This document shows, piece after piece, positions 14,963 through 23,828 of a stretch of 32,000 nt of DNA; the stretch's first letter is position 1, and every line of letters starts with the position of its first letter. Source of the DNA: Candidatus Nanopusillus sp. Lineage in GTDB: Archaea > Nanobdellota > Nanobdellia > Nanobdellales > Nanobdellaceae. Location: assembly GCA_028275775.1 (NCBI GenBank), contig JAPWTZ010000005.1, forward strand, positions 1 to 32,000, in the 5' to 3' direction. The translations under genes were made by a program, and so were the position numbers. The notes beneath the pieces are model-generated. The model made no database searches, was not told where the DNA came from, and saw only the letters and a list, made by a program, of their open reading frames with translations.

Positions 14963-16525
14963 TTATAAATCTTCTTTTTTATCTATTATTCCCAAATATA
15001 ATAAATTTTTTACATTCTTTTTGCTCATTTTATAACTTCTATATTGCAAATAGAATATAAATAATATTGAAATTATCCAAATATAAACGGAAAGATCTCC
15101 AAATGTTATACTTATTAAAAATGGTAAAATATTATAAGAATTTATATACGGTAACCAGGATGAATATGCATAATAAAGGAAATATATGTTTATTAATAGG
15201 AATATTATATATATAGTTATTGAATAATAATCAAAATTATATTTTCTTATTGTTTTAACAGTAACTATCCATTTATTATCTAAACCAATTAATAATCTTC
15301 TTAAATAATAGAATATTGTTAGTGCAGACATACCCCAACCAATTAATAATGCTAAAAAAGAATCCAAAATACTTGCTTTATTGTATATCCTCTTTTCAAC
15401 TATATAATATTCTGTTATAAAGATTGATATTATGTAAATTTGTGAGAAATAAAAGAATGGAGCTACATAATACCATAAAGGAGATGATAAATTGAATAGA
15501 ATAATAATTATACTAATCAGTATTAATATAAAAGAAATTAATGGTAAAAATAATGATGAAAACATATGAATAAAACTTATTTTTTGTTTAAATTTCAAAT
15601 TTTTATTAAATAATATTTTCCAGAAATTTGAAACAATTACATCAAAAGTACCTGTCTGCCATCTCCTTATTGTTTTTAATGTCATATTAAAGTTTGGAGG
15701 TAAATTTTGTCCATATTCAGTCCAATCTCTTATATATATTCCCTTAAAACCATTTAAATATAATCTAATTGTTAATGAAGCATCTTCAGTTAAATGTGAT
15801 GTAAATTTTCCAGCTTTTTTATAATCCTTTAATCTTAAAACACCACAAGAACCGTGTGCCATAGATATATCATCTAAAATATTTTTCATTGGCAAATAAA
15901 ATTCGAAAAATGTATCTACATAAATTCCAACAATTTTATGAAAATAATCTATTGGAACAGTTCTTCTATTCCAATATACAAAAGACAAATCCTTATTTGA
16001 TTCTAAGATACATACAGCTTTATATAAATATTCAATTGTAACAGTCCATTCAAAATCATATACAGAAAAATACTTTATATTATATTTTCTTTCTAAATAA
16101 TCTATTATATCATCTAAAGCAGCACCCTTTCTTTTTATACCATTTAATCTAAAATAATATTTTACTTTATCTAAGTCATATATTAAATATTTCTCATCAT
16201 AATATTTTCTTAAGCAATTTTTTTCTAAATATTCTATCAATTTATTTTCTTTATTTAATTCTGTGTCATCTAAGAATAAAAAATATATAGTTAGATTTTT
16301 ATATACATTATTTAGATTTTTCAAATATTCAATCTTTTTTATTATAATATCTTCTTCTTCATTTTTTACTGGAAATATTACAAATAAATTTTCTTTATTT
16401 TCTAAATCTTTATATTTTGGAACTTTTATTTTTCTATCTATATTTATTAAATATCTTAGATCAAATATTGATATTATTAATATATCTAATAATAATAATA
16501 AAGAAGAAATAAATAATAGATCCAT
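14963..16525 (-). CDS. Integral-membrane family-2 glycosyltransferase of the processive (cellulose/chitin/hyaluronan-synthase-like) type
   Basis: N-terminal TM, GT-A domain (FVIFPVKNEE, FLDD, KGAALDD), TEDASLT (TED motif), TIRRWQTG (Q/RxxRW-like motif), then about 5 C-terminal TM helices. Confidence 0.8.
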   Translation of the reverse strand: MDLLFISSLLLLLDILIISIFDLRYLINIDRKIKVPKYKDLENKENLFVIFPVKNEEEDIIIKKIEYLKNLNNVYKNLTIYFLFLDDTELNKENKLIEYLEKNCLRKYYDEKYLIYDLDKVKYYFRLNGIKRKGAALDDIIDYLERKYNIKYFSVYDFEWTVTIEYLYKAVCILESNKDLSFVYWNRRTVPIDYFHKIVGIYVDTFFEFYLPMKNILDDISMAHGSCGVLRLKDYKKAGKFTSHLTEDASLTIRLYLNGFKGIYIRDWTEYGQNLPPNFNMTLKTIRRWQTGTFDVIVSNFWKILFNKNLKFKQKISFIHMFSSLFLPLISFILILISIIIILFNLSSPLWYYVAPFFYFSQIYIISIFITEYYIVEKRIYNKASILDSFLALLIGWGMSALTIFYYLRRLLIGLDNKWIVTVKTIRKYNFDYYSITIYIIFLLINIYFLYYAYSSWLPYINSYNILPFLISITFGDLSVYIWIISILFIFYLQYRSYKMSKKNVKNLLYLGIIDKKEDL

Positions 16526-16526
16526 T

Positions 16527-16913
16527 TTAATATAAAGGACTCTGTATTATAATAGGTAATAATTGGGATGATGCTGAATATACATAAATAGGACTAATTA
16601 TTAATGAATATATTATTAATGATATAAGTAATGATGCTAATATAATAATTGCTACAGTTGTTGAAGATAGATCAAATAAATAATATAGTAATGCTTCAAT
16701 TATAAATAATAATATTATAATAAATAAGAATATGGATTGTATTATTGATAAACCCAATAATGATACTAATAACATAAGTAACAATGGTAAAATTATTAAC
16801 AAAATTATAAATATTAATGCTCTTCTTCCCAATAACTTTGATAATATTATTAATACTAAAGAGAATGTATATATTTCGAATAGGATTATGAATGTTGTTA
16901 ATACCATATACAT
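16527..16913 (-). CDS. Small polytopic membrane protein (about 4 TM), unknown function
   Basis: 128 aa, almost entirely Leu/Ile hydrophobic helices. Its stop lies 1 nt from the GT2 start codon, suggesting co-transcription. AT-rich low-complexity sequence makes the coding call less certain. Confidence 0.45.
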   Translation of the reverse strand: MYMVLTTFIILFEIYTFSLVLIILSKLLGRRALIFIILLIILPLLLMLLVSLLGLSIIQSIFLFIIILLFIIEALLYYLFDLSSTTVAIIILASLLISLIIYSLIISPIYVYSASSQLLPIIIQSPLY

Positions 16914-17069
16914 TTTTTTCTATAAAAATATATAAATTTATCCTATACTATTACTACCATATTAACATAATATATTAATAATTTTTCTACAAAATGATAA
17001 TAGATAAAATATTTTTGGAAAAATTTTTAGAATAAAAACCCTTAAAAGATTTTTAAATAAATTATTTAG

Positions 17070-17708
17070 ATGGAAGACTATACAAATTTTGAAAAGCCAA
17101 AAATATTGGGGGTTGGAGATAAAGTACCAGAATTGGTAATAAAAGTGTATGATACGGTAGAAAAAAAGTTCAAAGAAATAAATATATATAAAGATATATT
17201 AAATAAAGGAAAGTTTTTAGTATTATTCTATTATCCAGCAGATTTTACATTTGTATGTCCAACAGAATTAGAAGATCTAGCAGAAAAATATGATCAAATA
17301 AAGAAGGAAGGGGCAGAAGTTATAGCAATGTCAACTGATACTGTATATACACACTTAGCATGGCATGCAACAGAAAAACTATTAGAAAATGTTAAATTTC
17401 CAATGGGTGAAGATCATACAGGAACAATAGCAAAGATGTTCAATGTATATGATTATAAATCCGGAGTAGCATATAGAGCAACAATAATAATTGATCCAGA
17501 TGGAACTATTGTAGGAATAGAAGTAAATAATGCAGATGTAGGAAGAGATTCCGATGAACTATTGAGAAAAATAAAAGCATTTAAATATGTAAGAGAGCAT
17601 CCAGGTGAAGTATGTCCAGCAAAATGGGGTAAAGATGTAAATATAACATTAAAGCCAGGAGAAAGCTTAGTAGGAAGAGTATATGAATATTACAAAAAGG
17701 GCAAATAA
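17070..17708 (+). CDS. Typical 2-Cys peroxiredoxin (AhpC/Prx1-like)
   Basis: Peroxidatic Cys motif FTFVCPTE and resolving Cys motif GEVCPAKW. 212 aa. Confidence 0.9.
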   Translation: MEDYTNFEKPKILGVGDKVPELVIKVYDTVEKKFKEINIYKDILNKGKFLVLFYYPADFTFVCPTELEDLAEKYDQIKKEGAEVIAMSTDTVYTHLAWHATEKLLENVKFPMGEDHTGTIAKMFNVYDYKSGVAYRATIIIDPDGTIVGIEVNNADVGRDSDELLRKIKAFKYVREHPGEVCPAKWGKDVNITLKPGESLVGRVYEYYKKGK

Positions 17709-17709
17709 A

Positions 17710-19065
17710 TTATTTATTTTTTAATAGTTCTTCAAAGAATTTATCCCTAATAGGTTCATATACTTTTTTATAAAATTCTTGTTGATCTAAAAGAACCTCT
17801 TTTGGAAACTTTTTTAAATATTCTATTGCGAAGTTCCATGCAATATTATAATCAACTATACTATTTATTTTATCTTTTATCTCTTTATCATAATCTTCTG
17901 GTGTTTGATCTTTATCTCCTATATGAAAATATCCTGTGCTTTTATTATATGGTGCTTCCTCATTTCCAACTTTTATTAATTCTATTTCTTTATCTTCTTC
18001 TTTTTTAATAAAATATGGATGAAATATTTTTCCTTTACTCCTTTTATATATTGGTCTATAATATTTTGCCCATGCATAGAATATTGCTCTATTTAAACCA
18101 AAGCTCTTTGCTTTATTTATATCATTATATAATAGATAATATCTTGCTGCCTGTAATAATCCCATAACCTGGAATCTTCCAACATTTCCCAAATTTTCTC
18201 TTTTTATTGATACTTTTTCCTGTCTTAATGTATTTTTATTTAAATAGTTTACAATATAATTTTTTGTTTCTTTTATGGATATTTCTGCTAAATAATCTCC
18301 TTCTCCAGGTTCATATTCTCTCCATTTTTCACTATGTTTAAAATTCTTATAATTTGCCCATGATAAATCAAAATTTTGAATATCGTTTGGTTTAAATACT
18401 ACGCATACATAATCCAAAAATCTATGAAAAGATAAGGGTACTGTAAATACTCTTTGTATATCTATTTTATTTTCAACTTTAAATTCCCTTGATTTTCCCT
18501 TTGCTTTTGATATTTCTTTTTCCAAATCATCCTTTGCTTTCTTTAATATAAAATCTACAATTGCAAATGCAATATTTAATGGATGATATTTATTTAATAT
18601 ACTTTCTGAAAATGCTTTTTCATTAATATGTACATGTATTCCCCTTCCACTCCATTTTAAATATACAGATTTATATATTTTATATTTTTCTAAATATGAA
18701 ACAAGTATTTCTGCAACATTTTTTATTATATCAAAATCTTCTAATGTTCCATCAATATCAAAAATTGGTGTTACATATTTTATATTATTTATATCTTTTA
18801 ATTTATCCTCAGAAATTTGGTTATATAAATTTATTGTTGCATAAATTGTTCTAAATTTTAAATAAGAGAATTTTGTAAATAAAGATTTGTATTCATCCTC
18901 ATTTTCAATTTTTAATGGTTTTTTATCTTTATCATATCTTATAAATACTCTCTGATCCAATCTATTTGTTTCTAAAGCAATCCATCTATTTTTTGAATAA
19001 TCAATAATTTCTTTTATAACATATTCATTCATGTAATAATTTTTTATTTCAGACCATTCTATCAT
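17710..19065 (-). CDS. Archaeo-eukaryotic DNA primase, single polypeptide (PriS-like catalytic core plus about 170-aa helical C-terminal module)
   Basis: AEP motifs I IFDIDG, II WSGRGIHVHI and III IDIQRVFTVPLSFH. 451 aa with only one Cys in the whole protein. Confidence 0.8.
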   Translation of the reverse strand: MIEWSEIKNYYMNEYVIKEIIDYSKNRWIALETNRLDQRVFIRYDKDKKPLKIENEDEYKSLFTKFSYLKFRTIYATINLYNQISEDKLKDINNIKYVTPIFDIDGTLEDFDIIKNVAEILVSYLEKYKIYKSVYLKWSGRGIHVHINEKAFSESILNKYHPLNIAFAIVDFILKKAKDDLEKEISKAKGKSREFKVENKIDIQRVFTVPLSFHRFLDYVCVVFKPNDIQNFDLSWANYKNFKHSEKWREYEPGEGDYLAEISIKETKNYIVNYLNKNTLRQEKVSIKRENLGNVGRFQVMGLLQAARYYLLYNDINKAKSFGLNRAIFYAWAKYYRPIYKRSKGKIFHPYFIKKEEDKEIELIKVGNEEAPYNKSTGYFHIGDKDQTPEDYDKEIKDKINSIVDYNIAWNFAIEYLKKFPKEVLLDQQEFYKKVYEPIRDKFFEELLKNK

Positions 19066-19133
19066 AGTAATCTATAAAATTTTTGATATTGAAAAGCTTA
19101 AAATATTTATTAAAAAATAATTACCTAATTGGA

Positions 19134-20402
19134 TTATGTATATAATGGACCTCCTCCATACCCCCCATATCCTCCATATGTTGTTTGTGATTCATTATTA
19201 TTTGTTACAGAACCCTGTTCAGTTATATTCATTGTTTCGTTATTAGTTTCTATCGAAATCTGTTCGTTTTCCGTTTCTACTTCTGTTTCTCCTTCTAATT
19301 CTCTTTCTATTTCTCTTTTAAAGTGTTCTATATGCTCTTTGATAGCTTCTTCTTCATTATGTTCTCCCATATTTCTTATTACTTCCCAATTATAGTTTTC
19401 TAATAGATATTGAGTATTTAATAATGCAGTTATGTTTCCATTCATAACTTCTTGTATTGTTAATGTCAATGTTTGATTTAACTGTGGTAATATATTACAT
19501 ATTGGTAATTGATTATTTGTATAATTACATAATACTTCAAATTTATCTAATAATAAAAGTTGGCGTTCTAATAATCTATTAATGCGTTTTTCTATAATTT
19601 CAGTTAAATTTAATGTTTCATTTCTAAACATTTTATAATCATTTTCGATTTCTTGTTTTAATTCTTCCTTTTCTTGTGTTATATTTACATTATTATTTAC
19701 AACCATTGGTACTATACAAACTCCATTAATCTCTCCAGTAAATATTTCTCTAATATCTTCCCAAGATGTATTTGATGTTATATTTACGTATAGATAATTT
19801 TGACAAGGTACTGGTGGTTGATTACTACTATATATTTCATAAGATATATTTAATGAAGTTAATTGGTCTGTTATATTTCCTAAAGAAGAGCTTGCTCCAG
19901 TAAATATAACTACATTGCTTACATTTAATTTTTCTAATGCATATAAAGTGCTTTCAGGTAATACACCATTTGGTACAATTAATATTGGTTCATCATTGTC
20001 TTCAGCATATTGAACAGCCTCAGTGACTAATTGTAATTTATCAGGACTTACATGTTCATTAACTAAATCTCTTGTAATTAATACTGCACCACTAGAACTA
20101 TTCCAGAAATATAATGCTACATATGCTGATGTATCATATCTTGTTGTTCCCCATATCCATAAATAACTAATATTTGACTGATTTAGATCTTGTTGTAATA
20201 AATTTGATATTACTGCAGGTCCTCCAATTATTATTACATTTGTTACATTATCATTTACAAGCATTTGTACTGTATTATTTATATCTACTGGATTTTGATA
20301 TACTATATATACTGGCAATTTGTATATATGTCCTACTACGTTTGCTACCAAATAGTCTGCATATGTTATATTTGTAACTAAAATCGCTGTAACCATAAAC
20401 AT
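19134..20402 (-). CDS. CWB2-like (cell-wall-binding repeat 2 type) repeat protein with coiled-coil/acidic C-terminal half and Gly-Tyr tail
   Basis: There are two repeats. Repeat 1: AILVTNITYADYLVANVVG..LPVYIV...VTNVIIIGGPAVIS. Repeat 2: WIWGTTRYDTSAYVALYFW..SGAVLITRD...DEPILIVPNGVLPESTLYALEKLNVSNVVIFTG. Both match the CWB2 pattern (RiaG.dRYeTa..va...avlasg..faDAL...PiLL....lp......l....v.iiGG..avs). The C-terminus is ...TYGGYGGYGGGPLYT. Confidence 0.55.
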   Translation of the reverse strand: MFMVTAILVTNITYADYLVANVVGHIYKLPVYIVYQNPVDINNTVQMLVNDNVTNVIIIGGPAVISNLLQQDLNQSNISYLWIWGTTRYDTSAYVALYFWNSSSGAVLITRDLVNEHVSPDKLQLVTEAVQYAEDNDEPILIVPNGVLPESTLYALEKLNVSNVVIFTGASSSLGNITDQLTSLNISYEIYSSNQPPVPCQNYLYVNITSNTSWEDIREIFTGEINGVCIVPMVVNNNVNITQEKEELKQEIENDYKMFRNETLNLTEIIEKRINRLLERQLLLLDKFEVLCNYTNNQLPICNILPQLNQTLTLTIQEVMNGNITALLNTQYLLENYNWEVIRNMGEHNEEEAIKEHIEHFKREIERELEGETEVETENEQISIETNNETMNITEQGSVTNNNESQTTYGGYGGYGGGPLYT

Positions 20403-20420
20403 TAATTGATAGTAAATAAT

Positions 20421-21278
20421 TTAAATATTATTTAATATTTTTTCATAAACTTCTTTCTCATTATTAAAAATAAATCCTGCAGCATATTTATGACCACCAC
20501 CATTAAGTAATTTTGCTATTTCACTTACATCTTTATTATTTAATGTCCTTATTTCTCCTCTTTTAGATTTTTCATATAATGTTATTATAAAATCTGGATT
20601 ATCTCTTATTTTTTCTTTTATATATTCTAAAATATAGTTTGATGGAATATTTTTGTCCAGTTTTATTATATAAATCTTATATTTTTTATTTATTATTGTT
20701 ATATTTTTATCCAAATTTTTATATATTTCATTTAATTCTTTCCTAAATCTTTTTATAACATTATAATCAATTATTTCTTTAATATCTTTGTTTAATAGAT
20801 TTTTTGCTATTGATATAAAATATAAATCATATGATTTTGGATAAAAATATCTTATTGACACTATATAATCTACAAAATCTTTTTCTATATTATTTTTTAT
20901 TTCTCCAGAATCTATATCATCAATAATATCTAAATATTTAAATTCTACATTTAGATATTCTGATAAAACTCTTGCAGCTGATTTATAGTTTCTTATATAT
21001 ATATTTACCCTTGATGTAATTTCATTAAAATTTTTTTCATGATGGTCTATCCAATAAACTTTCTTAAAATATGAGGATAGATATATTGCTTCTTGATTTG
21101 TTGCAATATCTGTAATATACAATTCTTCATCCTTATCATTATTTTCTATTACCCTTATTAATGTATTATTTATTAATCTCGGACTTGAGAAATAAACTTT
21201 AAATTTATCACCAAACTTTTTATATAATATTGAAAGACATGCTATTCCATCTATATCCCAATGGGTAATTGCAATCAC
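20421..21278 (-). CDS. DHH/DHHA1-family phosphoesterase (small RecJ/NrnA-like nuclease)
   Basis: Motifs ITHWDIDGIAC (DxD), ITDIA, WIDHHE (DHH) and GGGHKYAAGF (DHHA1). GTG is the only possible start: a TAA lies two codons upstream in frame and there is no ATG before motif I. The GTG overlaps the Hef TGA. Confidence 0.8.
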   Translation of the reverse strand: MIAITHWDIDGIACLSILYKKFGDKFKVYFSSPRLINNTLIRVIENNDKDEELYITDIATNQEAIYLSSYFKKVYWIDHHEKNFNEITSRVNIYIRNYKSAARVLSEYLNVEFKYLDIIDDIDSGEIKNNIEKDFVDYIVSIRYFYPKSYDLYFISIAKNLLNKDIKEIIDYNVIKRFRKELNEIYKNLDKNITIINKKYKIYIIKLDKNIPSNYILEYIKEKIRDNPDFIITLYEKSKRGEIRTLNNKDVSEIAKLLNGGGHKYAAGFIFNNEKEVYEKILNNI

Positions 21279-23515
21279 TTTTTATATTCTTCTTCAAAAA
21301 TTTTTTTAATTCTTTCAGCTTTCTTTTCTCCAACAATATTTTCTAATTCAGTTTTATTTGCTAAAAATATATTTTTTAATGATTTAAATCTTTCTAATAA
21401 TTTTAATGCTAGATTTTCTCCAATACCAGGTATAGATTTTAATATTTCTAATTTAACTTCATTTAGATCTTCATAATTTTTTACCTTTTCAGGTATATTA
21501 GGAAACTTATTATAATTTTTAGCCAATAAGTATAAATAATTCGCTGTTTCTAAAAAGTCTGAAGTTCTTATAATTGGTATTTTATATTCTAAAATTATTT
21601 TTAATATTAATGTCCTTATATAATTTACTGAAATATTTGTATCTATTCCTAAACTATCCTCAGTTCCTTCTAATATTAAAATAGATTTTTTATCCTTTAA
21701 TTTTTCTAACTGATTATATAATCTTCCATCTAATATTGAATTAATAAAATCTAATATATTTTTTCTTTCAATTATTAAATCTCCAATTATATAATCTCCA
21801 ATATCTAAATTTTCTAATTTTATTAAAATATCTGTATTCGCTAAGGTTTGTACTACTCCAGATTCCTTTTCTTTATAATCTACAATAATCATAGGAACAT
21901 TTGATTTTGTATTAATTATATTTGATGAATCATCTTTTTCTTGAGAAGTTTGACTACCTGTAATATACTTAAATATTCCCCCCGATTTTTTAACACTTTC
22001 AGCCATCATTTTATTATTTATATTATTCTCCTCTATATTATTATTTATTTTTAGATATTTTTTTAATTTTTTAACTATATATAACATCTTCTTTTCTTTT
22101 CTTATTGAGACCCAGTAAAATCTTTCATCCATTGTATTTTTTGTAACTAATATTATTACTTCTCCAATTTCACCTCTACCAGTTCTACCTTTTCTTTGTA
22201 TATATCTAATTTCAGACGGAACAGGTTCATAAAATACTACAATATCAACTTTTGGTATATCAATACCTTCTTCTCCAACAGATGTTGATAATAGTACATT
22301 GAATCTACCTTCTGAAAAATCTTTTAATAATTTCATTTGTTCACTTCTACTCATTTCTTTTTTTCCAACAAACTTTTCAGCCCTTATATTATTTTTATCA
22401 CAATATTCTTTTATTCTATCTAATGTTTTCCTTATTTGTGCAAATACAATTATTTTTTTATCTTTATTTTCCTTTAATATTTCTATTAATTTTAATAATT
22501 TTGGATGTTCAATATTTTTGTTAATATATTCTTTTGCTAAATATATTGCTTTCTTTATTCTTATATCATCTAAAACTTCATAATCAGCTTTACTTTTTCT
22601 TATATCATTTTCAATATCTTTAAAATAACTTATAAAAGTATATAAGGTTTGGGTTTCTAAAACTTCTAGAGCATGATATATTTTTAATGTTTCAGATAGT
22701 AATTCTACTATTTCTTTTAATCTATAATCTCTTCCTCTAATTTCTAAATTCTTTTTAATTTCTTCTATCCATTTTAATATATCTTTTTTACCTTTATTAA
22801 TATCAATTGATGGATCCAATTCCTTTATTTTTGATATTCTTAAATCTATTGCTTTTATTATCAAATCTCTAATATTATTTAATTCATTATTTAATTCTAC
22901 ATCTACTCTCTTAATTTCAATACCAGCCATATATTTTTTAATATCTTTTTCTTCTCCAGTTCTTATTTCAATATTTTTTATATATAAATTGTTTATTACT
23001 TCTTCTATTCTTTCAATATTCCAACCAGGAGAAGCAGTTAATCCAACTATTCTATAATCCTTTGCCTGTTCTACAAACTTTTTTGCAATAAATGTATATG
23101 AGTATTTTTTAACTGCTCTATGTGCCTCATCAAATATTATTGTTGAAGCATCATAAAATGTTACCCTTCCGCTTATTAAATCATTTTGTAATGTCTGTGG
23201 TGTTACAAAAATTATTTTTCCTTGTTTATATAAATAATTTCTTCTTTCCTGTTGAACATCCCCAGTAATTACAATGCTTTTATCTTTTAGTTCTGGAAAA
23301 AATTTTATAAAGTTATTATAATGTTGGGTTACTAATGGTTTTGTTGGGGCTAAAAAATATATTTTTTTATTTGGAAATAATTTTAATCTTTCAATAATAA
23401 GAAAAAAGGCAATAATTGTCTTTCCAGTACCTGTTGGTAATATAACAAGTGTATTTTCCTTTAAGCATGATTCTAATATATTCTTTTGATATTCCCTTAA
23501 TTCTATAGAAGGCAT
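21275..23515 (-). CDS. hef: Hef: SF2 helicase fused to ERCC4/XPF nuclease and HhH2 domain
   Basis: Helicase motifs LPTGTGKT, FDEAH, TASPG and QRKGRTGR. A low-complexity linker follows. Nuclease signature GDYIIGDLIIERK, then a C-terminal helix-hairpin-helix IPGIGENLALKLLERF. Confidence 0.9.
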   Translation of the reverse strand: MPSIELREYQKNILESCLKENTLVILPTGTGKTIIAFFLIIERLKLFPNKKIYFLAPTKPLVTQHYNNFIKFFPELKDKSIVITGDVQQERRNYLYKQGKIIFVTPQTLQNDLISGRVTFYDASTIIFDEAHRAVKKYSYTFIAKKFVEQAKDYRIVGLTASPGWNIERIEEVINNLYIKNIEIRTGEEKDIKKYMAGIEIKRVDVELNNELNNIRDLIIKAIDLRISKIKELDPSIDINKGKKDILKWIEEIKKNLEIRGRDYRLKEIVELLSETLKIYHALEVLETQTLYTFISYFKDIENDIRKSKADYEVLDDIRIKKAIYLAKEYINKNIEHPKLLKLIEILKENKDKKIIVFAQIRKTLDRIKEYCDKNNIRAEKFVGKKEMSRSEQMKLLKDFSEGRFNVLLSTSVGEEGIDIPKVDIVVFYEPVPSEIRYIQRKGRTGRGEIGEVIILVTKNTMDERFYWVSIRKEKKMLYIVKKLKKYLKINNNIEENNINNKMMAESVKKSGGIFKYITGSQTSQEKDDSSNIINTKSNVPMIIVDYKEKESGVVQTLANTDILIKLENLDIGDYIIGDLIIERKNILDFINSILDGRLYNQLEKLKDKKSILILEGTEDSLGIDTNISVNYIRTLILKIILEYKIPIIRTSDFLETANYLYLLAKNYNKFPNIPEKVKNYEDLNEVKLEILKSIPGIGENLALKLLERFKSLKNIFLANKTELENIVGEKKAERIKKIFEEEYKK

Positions 23516-23539
23516 AATATAAAAATATTAAAAAGATTT

Positions 23540-23821
23540 TTATTTATTTATGAATTCTGTAATCTTCTTTTGTATATCATTTTCACTAAATATATTAAAA
23601 TAATCTTTGTATTTTTCAACTATATTCTTATCAATATCTCCTACAATTGCTACATTCATTTTTCCCTTTTTTCTATATTTTTCTTTATATTTTTTTAATG
23701 CTTCAAATATAGATTCTAAGTCATTTGTATCTTTTACATAATTTTTTATATACCAAATTAAATTATCATTACCTTCTAAAGATATATTTTTAGTTATTTT
23801 TATTATTAAGCTATATCTCAT
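23540..23821 (-). CDS. Hypothetical protein (93 aa)
   Basis: ATG-started ORF in the only free space between Hef and Trm1. No recognisable motif. Confidence 0.4.
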   Translation of the reverse strand: MRYSLIIKITKNISLEGNDNLIWYIKNYVKDTNDLESIFEALKKYKEKYRKKGKMNVAIVGDIDKNIVEKYKDYFNIFSENDIQKKITEFINK

Positions 23822-23828
23822 AATATAT

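Noticed and set aside
19134-19180. Short 9-nt tandem pattern (cctccatac / cccccatat / cctccatat) at the 3' end of the CWB2-like gene as a non-coding repeat
   Set aside because: It is simply the coding sequence of the GGYGGYGGG tail on the minus strand.
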